Positions 46,860 through 60,194 of a DNA stretch of 64,000 nt are shown piece after piece. A program made the translations under genes and the position numbers. Source of the DNA: Eledone cirrhosa (Eukaryota); contig OZ024740.1 in NCBI GenBank assembly GCA_964016885.1, positions 365,490,001 to 365,554,000 on the forward strand, read 5' to 3'. Positions within the stretch are counted from its first letter, which is position 1. Every line of letters begins with the position of its first letter. Under the pieces are notes generated by a model. That model saw only the letters and a program-made list of their open reading frames with translations. It searched no databases and was not told the DNA's origin.

Positions 46860-46862
<3 letters not shown>
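45665..46862 (+). mobile_element. PLE 3' fragment (GIY-YIG to 46156, UTR, degenerate HHR at 46566-46601), relative of the 24262-26274 element
   Basis: LKIPH..AIRREGLDI.LAHSGP..VVYKIECNKCNQYYIGSTIRPLHIRIKEH; ends in (TA)n. Confidence 0.9.
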
Positions 46863-46908
<46 letters not shown>

Positions 46909-46943
46909 GAACAAAGAATCAGTATTGCGTCATAACATATTTA

Positions 46944-47028
46944 ATTACATATGTTTCACTGCCGATCAGTTCGAGGAACGATCGATTAATGATCGATCCT
47001 GACTCTGGAATTGGAAGCTCCTCAGATA
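46944..47028 (-). ncRNA. Probable HHR with long domain II
   Basis: CTGAGGA-gct..agt-GAAAC-atat-GTA; helix I is weak. Confidence 0.55.
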
Positions 47029-47496
47029 TGTGTTCACGTGTTGATATTGATACCTCTGCTCACCATGAGTATCGAGTGCTCATCTAGGCATACCGCCTAT
47101 GGACGCAATTAATTTTCACCTCTAATACCTATATATAAATATATATATATATACAAGTTAATATAAATTAATTGTTTCTACTATTGGCACAAGGCCAGAA
47201 ATTACCCAGTACATTACTGGTACTAAATAATAAATCAATACTCACAAACACATATCGGCCTTTTGCCGATATGTGTTTGTGAGTATTGATTTATTATTTT
47301 TTAGATCGATACAGGCAGACTATATGTATTTGAATTAAGATATTTCATTCTAGCTATTTTATTGTCAATTACAATAAAAACACGTAAGTGTTTATCATAT
47401 ATTAATTTATATTAACTTGTATTGTACTGCTCAGAAATGGTTCTTTCTTAGAGCTAAAATAATTGTAAATGACCCCTTGAGTGTAAACTCTAAATT

Positions 47497-47577
<81 letters not shown>

Positions 47578-48560
47578 AGGGTTGTCCCCTCGTTATCGAG
47601 TATGACCATTGCACGATATACCATTATTAATAATTATTGATTAATTCTATCGTGCAATGCCTGTGCGTGAAGATTTTTTTAAAGCGAGGAAAGACTGTGC
47701 ACTGAGCCAATCCCACTCTCTGAGCGACAGTAGCTATAACCCGAAAAGAAGAAAAGATCAACATCATCGGTAACTACTGAGCAGCAGGTCTTATGTCGGA
47801 GTTATCCCTGTTTCCTGAGTTGCCTTCTCTTAGAAGAATGCCCTGACAAATTCTAGGGGTCCTTCACTCCCAGTGGTTTAACCGCCTATCAGGTATGCAG
47901 CGCGACTATTTCTATGTCCCCGCCCATATACATACACATGCACACATACATATACACATATACATATACCTACATATGTACATGTGTATATACATATTTA
48001 CACATTTTTGGATAGCCGTTGACTCTTATGAGTTCTTCCACCCTTTGTCAGGTTTTGTTTTTGTCTTGCAGTGTGTCCAAAATCACCCTCCTCACCAAGT
48101 AAATTTGGTGGGGTTGCCGGTTTAGTCGCCGACGATCCGACCATACGACAAGTTGTACTGGGCTAGATGTTACCAATAACACTCAAGAGTGACCCGACAT
48201 ATATATATATATATAGAAAGAGAGAGAAAGAGAGAGAGGGAGATTTTTACTTCATCTCATTATTAATTAAAATGTGTGCACTCTGAACTACTGGTTGTAA
48301 TTACATTACTGCAATTTGGCAGATTTATTGAGTGAGCAAGACCTTGGCCGGGAACTTTGAGTTATTATCAATAGTCTTCGTTAATAATCTCTCTCTCCCT
48401 CTCCCTTCCTCCTCCCCCTCTTTCTCTACACATATATATATATATATTTGTATAATATGTGTATGTATATATATGCAAAAGTTTTATTTAAAATTGTTGG
48501 GTTACAACAAGTAAATATTTTATAACTGATATAAAGCACTCGACAAGTTTTGGAGTAGAT

Positions 48561-50995
48561 ATACGATATTAAACAAATGGAAACTATATTTATAAAACCA
48601 TATTTATTTCATTATACATATTTCGGGGATACCATATTAAAAATATGGCATGCCTTCTTCAGATAAAATACAATATATAAACAGTTTTATAAATAATTTT
48701 GACGTACCATAAATATTGAGCAACCGTTATGTAGGAAGCCGGTTTGGTAGTGAGATGTTTATAAATATTTAGTGTTAAGCACAGTTAAAAAGAAGAAATG
48801 TATGTAAAGAAAAACAGAGAGAAATAGAGAGAGATAGGGGAGAGAGAAATAGTGAGGAGGTGAAAAAAGAGACGCAGCTGAAGGCAACAGATGAATAATA
48901 ATAATTCATCATACAAATTGAGAGATTTAGGAGGGAGGGAGTACTGTAATTATTTAGTTATAGTGTTAAGGACAGTTAGGGAGGAGACGGAGAGAAATAA
49001 AAAATGAAGAGAAAACAGAGAGAGAGAAAGATAGAGGTGGGGGAAAAAAGAAAGAGGTAGACCAAATAATAATAATTATATAGGGGGAGGTGAAAATCAA
49101 GAGAGAAATAGGAGAGAAATAAGAGAGAAACTTGAGAGGCAAAGTCAAAACAACAGATACATAGACTTCATCATATATAAAGAGGGAGGAGAAGAAAGAG
49201 CTATATCTAGAGAGAGGGATGATAGATTTACATCTTTACGTTATGTCCTATCAATTTGAATTATCAATTCATAGGAACTGGGTAATATGATGTAAATATC
49301 AATATTCATGAATGAGACATAGATATATAATGTGTGAAAATAATTTTGCTCAATAATGACCATATGTTTAGTTTTCGATGTACCAAAAACTGAGATAAAA
49401 CTTCAAAAAAAAAAAAAAAAACGGAAATATATAAGTATATACATACACATGCATATGCACTTTCCGGAAAAGGAAAGAAAGAGAGAAAGAGAAGGTCATC
49501 TCAAGTTCTAGTTGATATTATAGACATACCCATGACTTTACGTGATCAACTCTGTAATTTCTTGTTTCACAAAAAAAAAAAAAATTTTTTTCCCTTGTGT
49601 TATAAAAGATTTCACTATATATATATACATAAAAAATAAACGATTAATATTCTTGCCCTCACATACATGATTATCGTTCATGTATAGAATATTATGCATA
49701 TCTGTAACATATCCAGAACTATACCCACACATACATATAGATATATATGTATGCACACATACAGGTACATGGACAGATAAAATATACTCTGTAATCATTC
49801 CATATGCATATTAATACATATGGCCTTTGTACAGAGACAACCAGATATCAATATATCAGCACAGAGATATCAAAACGTTAAAATATTTTCATCACTCCCT
49901 AGGGTATCTCGGGCCACAAAAACACAGTATGCCCCTTATATCAACCACAGAAATCTACCCTTCCAATTTATCTGACAATATATTGCCAAGTTCATTAGAA
50001 GCAATCAGAATCAAAAAGCAAACAAAAAACCAAAAATTATTCAACAAAACTTATTTAGCAGAAATCATTTAAAGGATTTAGGAGACCCTGTTGTTCTACG
50101 GATGCTCTTATATTTAGTATAGAAGTTTATCTTGCGTAAAATTTATTCAATAGATTGGGAGCATCTACATTTTAGAGTAGTTTAATTACATCATTAGTTT
50201 ATATTTATGAAGAAGGTTTAAAAGAAAAAGTTGAAGGAATCGAAAGATTTATCGTCAGGTTTCATACATTAATTAAATATCTTAATTAATTATACTACAT
50301 TTTAAATTTATATTTATATTTAAACGTTGAGTTCAATCTATGTCTGCAGCAACTGAATAAATTGCTCCTTAAATTAAGGGAATTTTTGGATTTTAATATA
50401 AAGAATATCTCCTCCACACAGAGGTCACATGTCTCTTATTTCTCTCCTATTTCTCTCTTGATTTTCACCTCCCCCTATATAATTATTATTATTTGGTCTA
50501 CCTCTTTTTTTCGCCCTACCTCTATCTTTCTCTCTCTCTGTTTTCTCTTCATTTTTTATTTCTCTCCGTCTCCTCCCTAACTGTCCTTAACACTATAACT
50601 AAATAATTACAGTACTCCCTCCCTCCTAAATCTCTCAATTTGTATGATGAATTATTATTATTCATCTGTTGCCTTCAGCTGCGTCTCTTTTTTCACCTCC
50701 TCACTATTTCTCTCTCCCCTATCTCTCTCTATTTCTCTCTGTTTTTCTTTACATACATTTCTTCTTTTTAACTGTGCTTAACACTAAATATTTATAAACA
50801 TCTCACTACCAAACCGGCTTCCTACATAACGGTTGCTCAATATTTATGGTACGTCAAAATTATTTATAAAACTGTTTATATATTGTATTTTATCTGAAGA
50901 AGGCATGCCATATTTTTAATATGGTATCCCCGAAATATGTATAATGAAATAAATATGCTTTTATAAATATAGTTTCCATTTGTTTAATATCGTGT
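48561..50995. mobile_element. Divergent ~565-bp arms of a PLE-type 3' UTR (HHRs 48605-48670 minus, 50886-50951 plus)
   Basis: 48561-49126 is the reverse complement of 50431-50995. tattttat-CTGAAGA..GAAA-tatgt-ATA-atgaaata. Confidence 0.88.
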
Positions 50996-51057
50996 ATGTA
51001 TATATATATATTTTAAAGTTGAGACTACATCGCTATTTCAGAGCACCAATACTAATA

Positions 51058-51183
<126 letters not shown>

Positions 51184-51226
51184 ATTTATATATATATATA
51201 TTTATATATATATTTATATATATATA

Positions 51227-51337
<111 letters not shown>

Positions 51338-51340
51338 ATT

Positions 51341-51423
<83 letters not shown>

Positions 51424-51437
51424 TATATATATATATA

Positions 51438-52012
51438 CCATTAGAAGAGGTAAATATTTATATTATATTTTTTAATTTATTTTAAAAAATTGGTTAAATT
51501 TTGCTTGTTCTGCTTATCTTAATATTATAGTTCTGGTATGTCAAATTAATACCATTGAACAACCTTGAATCATAGACAACCTATGTATTTCTAGGGGTAC
51601 TTAGTACCCTTGGATATATTAACTTCATTTATTATTATTCTCCGTTATGTAGAGAACAAATCCGTTGTTCTATTTAGCTGCTATTTTTTTTGTAGTAATA
51701 TAGACAACACGTCTATGGTTTCCTGCTTTTACTTCAGACCGGTTCATATACGGGTCACTTTCACGACCTTATCAGATCCGTGTTAGCTGGCAGTAGACGA
51801 TATATTTTATCGTTCCTGGGTCTTTAGCCCTAGGAAAGGAAAATGCTTCTCTGATGAAGTTTGGTTTTCCATTAGATATCCATTGGATTTCTGGTGTTTT
51901 ACAAAGCGAAACTGATCAATAAGGGCCATTAGAAGAGGTAAATATTTATATTATATTTTTTAATTTATTTTAAAAAATTGGTTAAATTTTGCTTTTTCTG
52001 CTTATCTTAATA
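51438..52012 (+). mobile_element. Retrozyme-like 488-bp monomer with ~87-bp terminal redundancy; decayed HHR at 51847-51925
   Basis: ccattagaagaggtaaatatt... occurs at 51438 and 51926. CTGATGA at 51851, then GAAAC-tgatca-ATA. Confidence 0.78.
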
Positions 52013-52054
52013 TATATATATATATATTATATATGAAAACAAAATATTATATGT

Positions 52055-52496
<442 letters not shown>

Positions 52497-52510
52497 AATA
52501 TATATATATA

Positions 52511-52542
<32 letters not shown>

Positions 52543-52545
52543 AAT

Positions 52546-52576
<31 letters not shown>

Positions 52577-52579
52577 AAT

Positions 52580-52614
<35 letters not shown>

Positions 52615-53066
52615 AATATATATATATATTGTTATACTTTGGGAGGGTCATGTTGCCAATAAGAAACACACGTACCAGTTGCTTTCACTTCAATTTATTA
52701 TATATTTATAAATTTATAAATTTACAAATTTACAAACTTATAAATTTCTGGTTGGTTGGTTGGTTCCACAACCAGATAGTTGTTTATATATAGTCATAGT
52801 CCTTTCGTCACACATTCTGTGACCTCTTCAGTGACTGGGGATTCCTTTCTTTGTTTCTGTGCCTGTCCTTTCTTCTATCCTACGCCATTTTGTTTCTGTG
52901 TGTGTGTTGTGTGCTCAGTTTGCGCATGCGCCACATCCGGGTGTCTGTGTGTGTTTGTGTTCATTTATCTATTTGTTTATTTATTTATTTATTTATTGTT
53001 GGTTGGTTGTTTGTTCTATGTGTGTGTGTGTTTTCATTTTGTCCTGTGTGTGTTTTCATTTTGTCC

Positions 53067-55223
53067 TTAATTGTAAGTTGTGATGTTGCTGTTCCACTCA
53101 TATTTTCTATTTAATTTTGGTTTTAATTCTTTTATGCTTACTGCCTCTGTAATTTGCCTAAACATTGCGTCTTTTCTGTGTGTGGATTCTATTTTTATTT
53201 CTATGTTCTCTAATCTACCCCTGTGTTCTATCTTAGCATGTTGGTAGAGCACAGATGATTCTTTATTATCTTGGAGGTCTCGCCAGTGTTCATTTATTCG
53301 TTCCCCTATACTACGAGCTGTCTCACATATGTACACTATATTTTTGTTTCTACATTGTCCTTCAGTACATCTTATGCTATACACTACATTTCTAGTTTTA
53401 CAGTTAATATGGGGGCTTATTTTACAGGTTATACATTTCTTATCTATACATGAGGGTCTTTGGAACGGGTATGTCTTGCTAATAAGTGTTTTTACGGAGG
53501 TACCTGGTCTTTCTACTATCTTAATATTGAGATTGTGTTTATTTAGGGCCCTTCTAAATTTGTAGGCTAGTTCGCCTCTAGGGGTTGTATTGATGAACAT
53601 TACACTCTGGTATTTATTGCTATCATACCATGAGTTTATTCTATTGGCCTTGTTCCTAGTTCTTTCTATTCTATTCCAAAATTTGCTCCTATACAAGGGG
53701 CAGGTCCCATTTATGTCATTATTTACCATTTTTTCCCATTTGGTTCTGGCTCCTTTATACACTCTGATTCTATCTCTCTGATTGTAGCCAGAGAACTGCA
53801 TACGGTGGATGAAGTGTTGTATGTGTCTCTCTAGTTCTTCGGGGTTGCACATGCGGGACACATTTCTCATCACCCGTACCAAATCCGCAATCAGTATGTT
53901 GATTTTGGTATGATCCGAAATGGCCGAGTTTCGGTGGATCAGATGTTTGGAAGTCATGGGTTTGGCATAATGGGAATGGAGGATTTGTTTTTTGTTGTTA
54001 ATGGTATCTAACCAGAGCTCTGTGTCTAGTACAGGTAATCGATGGTTGGGGTGTCTACTTGGGTAGTCTATAGTAACTCTAATGCTCTGGTGGATGGAGT
54101 TTGCTATTTGCTGGATGCTTTCCATTGTGTTTTTCTCTAGTTCCTGACTGTTCTTTAGTGGGGGTGTCTTAACTACGATGTTTATATCATCTACGTAGCG
54201 GGAGTACATTATCAGGGTTAAGCTGTCTTCTAATTGTTCTTTAAGTTTTTGTTTAAGTCTACTGTCCCACCATACCATGAATAAGTTAGCTATGTCGCCT
54301 GCAATGCTAACACCAATGGCTGCTCCTTCCTCTTGGGCATATGTTTTACCATTAAATTTGAACATATGTTCCTTAAGGGTTAATTTTATGCTGGCCCCTA
54401 CCGCATGTGCAATCATTTTCTTCAATTCATAGTGGTTTTCGGGTGTCCGTATGGCCCTGGCCCACCCGTTCCATCTATCTGTGTGGGTTTTCTTGGCCAT
54501 TGAGGTAATGGTAGGTGGTCTGCCTCTTGCTGGTCTTGTAGGGCACAGGTTGCTAAGGTCATAAGTGTCTAGGTAACTATTACTATGGGTAAGCTTAAGT
54601 AGAAGTCCCAGCTCACTGGTATCAATCCCACGGAACTCAACCTTGCTCTCGCTGATCATTTCTACGCATTTCTCCACAGCAAAATCCACGCCAATAGATG
54701 GATACAGGGACACAACATCCATACTGCCTATTATGCAGTTTGTTAGGTCCCCAGATCGGTTACCCGCGCCGATTCTGCTGAGGAGGTCCTCCGTGCTGTC
54801 ACATACATCTGGGGACATCTCAATGATGGGGTGTATGATCAGGGAGAGGAAGTAGGACAGTCTGTAGTTACTAGCAATGTTAGCCCCACAGACTGGCCGT
54901 GTTGGTGGTCCCGCGACAGGGTCCCAGCCCGTTTTATGGTCTTTTCGAAGCCCATACAACGCCGGCACGTCATTGTTCCAGGCCTGGAAGTTGTTGGCAG
55001 TCCTTTTGTTGGGCTGCATTATATTCGTCCACATCACCATATGGGCATTGAGGGCTTTTTCTCTATCCTCATGCTCCTGTGGTGTTACCTCTCTTGTGTT
55101 AGTGATGTGGGGTTGCATTGCCTGGATGTAGTTTGGCAGGCTGTCAACCGACATTCTGCCAGACTTGTCTGTTGGAAAACATGCTATCTCTCCATTACGC
55201 GAGCGCTGCATGAGCTTACGCAA
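53067..55223 (-). CDS. PLE reverse transcriptase-GIY-YIG polyprotein (5'-truncated; frame stays open to about 55332)
   Basis: TDKSG, KDHK, RPVC, MDVVSLYPSI, RYVDD, LPVLD, NVVY..C, YI(C)ETARS..ER..EH. Confidence 0.95.
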   Translation of the reverse strand: MRKLMQRSRNGEIACFPTDKSGRMSVDSLPNYIQAMQPHITNTREVTPQEHEDREKALNAHMVMWTNIMQPNKRTANNFQAWNNDVPALYGLRKDHKTGWDPVAGPPTRPVCGANIASNYRLSYFLSLIIHPIIEMSPDVCDSTEDLLSRIGAGNRSGDLTNCIIGSMDVVSLYPSIGVDFAVEKCVEMISESKVEFRGIDTSELGLLLKLTHSNSYLDTYDLSNLCPTRPARGRPPTITSMAKKTHTDRWNGWARAIRTPENHYELKKMIAHAVGASIKLTLKEHMFKFNGKTYAQEEGAAIGVSIAGDIANLFMVWWDSRLKQKLKEQLEDSLTLIMYSRYVDDINIVVKTPPLKNSQELEKNTMESIQQIANSIHQSIRVTIDYPSRHPNHRLPVLDTELWLDTINNKKQILHSHYAKPMTSKHLIHRNSAISDHTKINILIADLVRVMRNVSRMCNPEELERHIQHFIHRMQFSGYNQRDRIRVYKGARTKWEKMVNNDINGTCPLYRSKFWNRIERTRNKANRINSWYDSNKYQSVMFINTTPRGELAYKFRRALNKHNLNIKIVERPGTSVKTLISKTYPFQRPSCIDKKCITCKISPHINCKTRNVVYSIRCTEGQCRNKNIVYICETARSIGERINEHWRDLQDNKESSVLYQHAKIEHRGRLENIEIKIESTHRKDAMFRQITEAVSIKELKPKLNRKYEWNSNITTYN

Positions 55224-55334
55224 GCCATGTGCAGATTTTTCTCCCAGTTGCTGGGCCTCTATTCTATTATGCTTCTTGCTATACTGTTCTATAATATTTC
55301 TAAGTTCGGATTTAGCTATACTAAATTGTGCTAA

Positions 55335-55846
55335 GAGGCGAACTAGCCTACAAATTTAGAAGGGCCCTAAATAAACATAATCTCAATATTAAGATAGTAG
55401 AAAGACCAGGTACCTCCGTAAAAACACTTATTAGCAAGACATACCCGTTCCAAAGACCCTCATGTATAGATAAGAAATGTATAACCTGTAAAATAAGCCC
55501 CCATATTAACTGTAAAACTAGAAATGTAGTGTATAGCATAAGATGTACTGAAGGACAATGTAGAAACAAAAATATAGTGTACATAGGTGAGACAGCTCGT
55601 AGTATAGGGGAACGAATAAATGAACACTGGCGAGACCTCCAAGATAATAAAGAATCATCTGTGCTCTACCAACATGCTAAGATAGAACACAGGGGTAGAT
55701 TAGAGAACATAGAAATAAAAATAGAATCCACACACAGAAAAGACGCAATGTTTAGGCAAATTACAGAGGCAGTAAGCATAAAAGAATTAAAACCAAAATT
55801 AAATAGAAAATATGAGTGGAACAGCAACATCACAACTTACAATTAA
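55335..55846 (+). CDS. Inverted duplicate of the PLE GIY-YIG domain
   Basis: Identical to the C-terminus of 53067-55223 except YIG instead of YIC. Confidence 0.85.
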
Positions 55847-56298
55847 GGACAAAATGAAAACACACACAGGACAAAATGAAAACACACACACACATAGAAC
55901 AAACAACCAACCAACAATAAATAAATAAATAAATAAACAAATAGATAAATGAACACAAACACACACAGACACCCGGATGTGGCGCATGCGCAAACTGAGC
56001 ACACAACACACACACAGAAACAAAATGGCGTAGGATAGAAGAAAGGACAGGCACAGAAACAAAGAAAGGAATCCCCAGTCACTGAAGAGGTCACAGAATG
56101 TGTGACGAAAGGACTATGACTATATATAAACAACTATCTGGTTGTGGAACCAACCAACCAACCAGAAATTTATAAGTTTGTAAATTTGTAAATTTATAAA
56201 TTTATAAATATATAATAAATTGAAGTGAAAGCAACTGGTACGTGTGTTTCTTATTGGCAACATGACCCTCCCAAAGTATAACAATATATATATATATT

Positions 56299-56333
<35 letters not shown>

Positions 56334-56336
56334 ATT

Positions 56337-56397
<61 letters not shown>

Positions 56398-56682
56398 ATA
56401 ATAATATAATTGAAGACTAAAATCCAAAGAGGGCTCGATAAGGAAAATATATATCAAATATATACGAACCGTAGAGCAAATATTTATTAAAATAACAGAT
56501 TAAATTTTAAGCAAAGAAACGCTGCTTTCACCCTTCACGGGATCTTCTGAGTTTCAGAAGATCCCGTTAAGGGTGAAAGCAGCGATTGATTGCTTAAACT
56601 TTAATCTGTTATTTTAATAAATCTGTTATTTTAATAAATATATATATATATATATATATATAAATATATATATATATAAATA

Positions 56683-56770
<88 letters not shown>

Positions 56771-56820
56771 TATATATATATATTTATATATATTTATATA
56801 TATATATATATAGAGAGAGA

Positions 56821-57718
56821 GAGAAAATTGAGGTTGGTAATGGCACATGGAATATATAAGAGAATACTTTTTTGTGAAAAAACATAATTTTATAAGGTAA
56901 GGAAATAATAAAGGGTATAAAAAATGACCGGTTTCGATGGGTCTGCAAAAGCCATCTTTTCAAATGTTGATTAATATTAAGAAAAATTAATAATACGAAG
57001 AGTTAAAATTTGAGACTTGAAAATTCAAGTATAAAATTCATTGTGGGATTTCATAGCAGTTTTCATCTAGGTAGCAACAACAGGTTGACTGCTGTGTCCC
57101 TTTCTGGTAGTGAATGAGAAGTTATTTGGGGTGTGGGTTATTTTATAAAAGTCAGATTTAGCAATCACCAACTGGCCAGCTGCTGGTCAGTGAGGGGGTG
57201 GAAGCAATATACATACACATATCTTCCTGTGGTGGGTAGGAGAGTGGAGCGTGATAGAAAGGGATTTAGTGCACTTACACCTATATATACACACATACCT
57301 TCATCCACACATACATACATATACATATACATATATATATATATATATATACATATACACACATACATACACACATGTGGGGGGGGGTTGTATATATATA
57401 TATATATATGTGTGTGTGTATGTCTATATATGTGTGTGTGTGTATGTGTGTATGTATATGTATGTGTGTATATGTATATACACACATACATATACAAATG
57501 AATTTTATACTTGAATTTTCAAGTCTCAAATTTTAACTCTTCGTATTATTAATTTTTCTTAATATTAATCAACATTTGAAAAGATGGCTTTTGCAGACCC
57601 ATCGAAACCGGTCATTTTTTATACCCTTTATTATTTCCTTACCTTATAAAATTATGTTTTTTCACAAAAAAGTATTCTCTTATATATTCCATGTGCCATT
57701 ACCAACCTCAATTTTCTC
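56821..57718. repeat. ~220-bp inverted arms (56821-57042 and 57497-57718) with degenerate HHR
   Basis: TTGAAAA-gatgg..ccatc-GAAAC-cg-GTC at about 57574-57615, with its mirror at about 56924-56965. Confidence 0.75.
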
Positions 57719-57750
57719 TATAACCTTCGTTTTGTGTAGAAAATTACACT

Positions 57751-57898
<148 letters not shown>

Positions 57899-57997
57899 AT
57901 ATATTTATATATTTATATATATATATATTTATATATATATATTTATATATTTATATATATATATATTTATATATATATATATTTATATATATATATT

Positions 57998-58072
<75 letters not shown>

Positions 58073-58236
58073 AGTGTAATTTCAAGGCAGTTATTGCCGA
58101 GGGGGCAATTGTCAGGATAGGTGCAGTTACAGTTGTGTACGTTGGTTTTGTAGTTAGGTTCACTCTGGAGTAGTATTGCGGACGAACTTAGGTGTGGTTT
58201 ATTTATGTTCTGTAGTGTATTGTCTACTGTTTTTTT

Positions 58237-59739
58237 TTAGTTCTTTGTACTTAAGTTTTTAGTGTTTTCGTTTAACCTTCTAGTATTGATCTTTTTTATG
58301 TGTTGTTCAAGGTTTAACGCTGTAGAGTATGACAGTCTTATAGTGGTAGGGTTTAGGATTTTGCGGTATTTGTGTGATGTAGGAAAATGTTTCCTAACTA
58401 TTTTAAAGAAGAGTATTGGTAAATTTGTACTAATGGAACTATTGTATTCAGGGTTATACCATAAGTACTCTTTGCATCGCTTTCTATTAGTTTTGTTTGT
58501 TGGTTTACTGGTGTGTACACTATGGTAGTAAGTGTGGTTTGGTGTTGTGTTATTATTTCTACCTATGTGGGATTTATTTTGAGTGTTTTGATTGTTTTCA
58601 TCTATATATTCTATTTTGTTGAGGTAGCCTGCTTTACTAAGGGCGTTATCGTAGTACTCGGCGTGTTCCTTAAATACTTGTATGTTAGAAGATAGACCCG
58701 AGATTCTAAGGGAAATATTTTTAGGGATAGATTTAATTATAGAGATGGGGTGGTTAGACCCAACATTTACGTACTTGAGATTTTCATTCAATTTATGAAA
58801 CGGTTTAATCAGACCAGAGTTTAAATTGAGTGTGACATCCAGGAAGTTAACTACTTTAAGGTTGTGTTCATATGTTATAGTTAGTCCTATTTCGAGTAGT
58901 AGTTTTCTTATATCTTTGCGTAGTTTTTCTAGTTTTTGGTTATTTAGGTTTTTAACTAGGAGGAGAGCATCATCGCGGTATATTCCACCGTGGAGATTAC
59001 TGAATTTTTCCTGGAGTTTAAAGGCGATAAATAACCCCACAATATCAGTTATTTCCGCCGAATCGTTAGAGACCATTGTTATGTCAAAGTTGGAGGGTCT
59101 ATCTTTACGAACCCAATAACTGTTCTCAAATTTGACTATAGTTTTCCTAGCTTCTAATATAATCTTATTTTCTTCGTTTGTAAGGTCAGAGTTATCCTTA
59201 GCAAACTCAATGGCTCTATTCAGAGTTTCAGGTGATATCGATGAGTAATATTCGTCGATATCAAACTGAATAAACTTAGATTTATTCTTATTGCTAATGC
59301 TATTAAACCATCTAATTGCTTCTTGGGTCTTCCCCCAGAGTTTAATGTTAACCTTAGCCTTAATTTGGGGGATGATTCTATCTAAGATATATTTGCTTAT
59401 TTTACCTATATCGGATTTAGAGGGGCAGATTAGTCTAATTTTAGGGTCATTATCAAAGTTTACCTTATGGTCCTTAAGATTGAAGGTGGGTACCGCCGGT
59501 AAGAGTGGTCCTGTCCTATCTTCGATTCCGAGATTTTTCACTATTTCGCATGCCTCATCATTGATGTGCTTAAGGGTTACTTCACTCGTTTTTCTATATT
59601 TTTTATGCAGTTCTTTTCGAATGAAGTTGTTATATGTAGTGCAGTCCATAGTATACAGGCTAGATGTTTTGTCCGCTTTTACTACAATCCCTTTGGTGTT
59701 TTTAAGGTCATCCAGTAGTTTTTTAATATCCAACGCCAA
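58237..59739 (-). CDS. Naiad-like PLE RT (truncated at both ends; no GIY-YIG domain retained)
   Basis: ADKT, LKDHK.NF, RLICPSKSDIG, FDIDEYYSSI, GGIYRDDAL, VNFLDVTL. Confidence 0.93.
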   Translation of the reverse strand: MALDIKKLLDDLKNTKGIVVKADKTSSLYTMDCTTYNNFIRKELHKKYRKTSEVTLKHINDEACEIVKNLGIEDRTGPLLPAVPTFNLKDHKVNFDNDPKIRLICPSKSDIGKISKYILDRIIPQIKAKVNIKLWGKTQEAIRWFNSISNKNKSKFIQFDIDEYYSSISPETLNRAIEFAKDNSDLTNEENKIILEARKTIVKFENSYWVRKDRPSNFDITMVSNDSAEITDIVGLFIAFKLQEKFSNLHGGIYRDDALLLVKNLNNQKLEKLRKDIRKLLLEIGLTITYEHNLKVVNFLDVTLNLNSGLIKPFHKLNENLKYVNVGSNHPISIIKSIPKNISLRISGLSSNIQVFKEHAEYYDNALSKAGYLNKIEYIDENNQNTQNKSHIGRNNNTTPNHTYYHSVHTSKPTNKTNRKRCKEYLWYNPEYNSSISTNLPILFFKIVRKHFPTSHKYRKILNPTTIRLSYSTALNLEQHIKKINTRRLNENTKNLSTKN

Positions 59740-59894
59740 ATAATGTATTCTATAAAAATGTCAAAACAACAGATGGGAATCTAATTACCCACTGCTATCA
59801 AAAATTTCTATCCACTCCCTTAACTATTCTTCTAACAACTTCACTCCTCCCTCTTAATATTCTCTATAAAAACCAAACAAGTTCTCAAATAAGA

Positions 59895-60015
59895 TTATTC
59901 TGATGAAATTATAGTTGAAAATAACATTGAAATATTGAGTGTCTGCATAATTAATACTTTGTAGATAGCAGCTGTTTTCAGGTTATATAACTGTTATTGA
60001 AACACATGTCAATAA
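59895..60015 (+). ncRNA. HHR with ~90-nt domain II
   Basis: ttatt-CTGATGA-aattatagtt...aactgttatt-GAAAC-acat-GTC^-aataa. Confidence 0.75.
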
Positions 60016-60194
60016 ATTCCTTTTACTGAACTGTATCCATTTAAATCCTTCTATTTTCTCAGGATTACTTTTGAAACTACAACTGGAACCGTCGAGCAAA
60101 CCCTACGTGAGCTGTCCATCTACTGTGTGTAATATTCATATTACAACACTACGGAAAATACTATATTTATATATATATATATATATATATATTT

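Larger units (their letters stand above)
52627..56286 (-). mobile_element. PLE with ~950-bp inverted 3' arm (52627-53579 versus 55335-56286)
   Basis: Near-identical arms; HHRs at 52792-52836 (-) and 56077-56121 (+); (TA)n on both sides. Confidence 0.95.

Noticed and set aside
47575-48195. RTE-like 5' region or HDV-like ribozyme
   Set aside because: Only a vague motif resemblance; I could not fold the nested pseudoknot.
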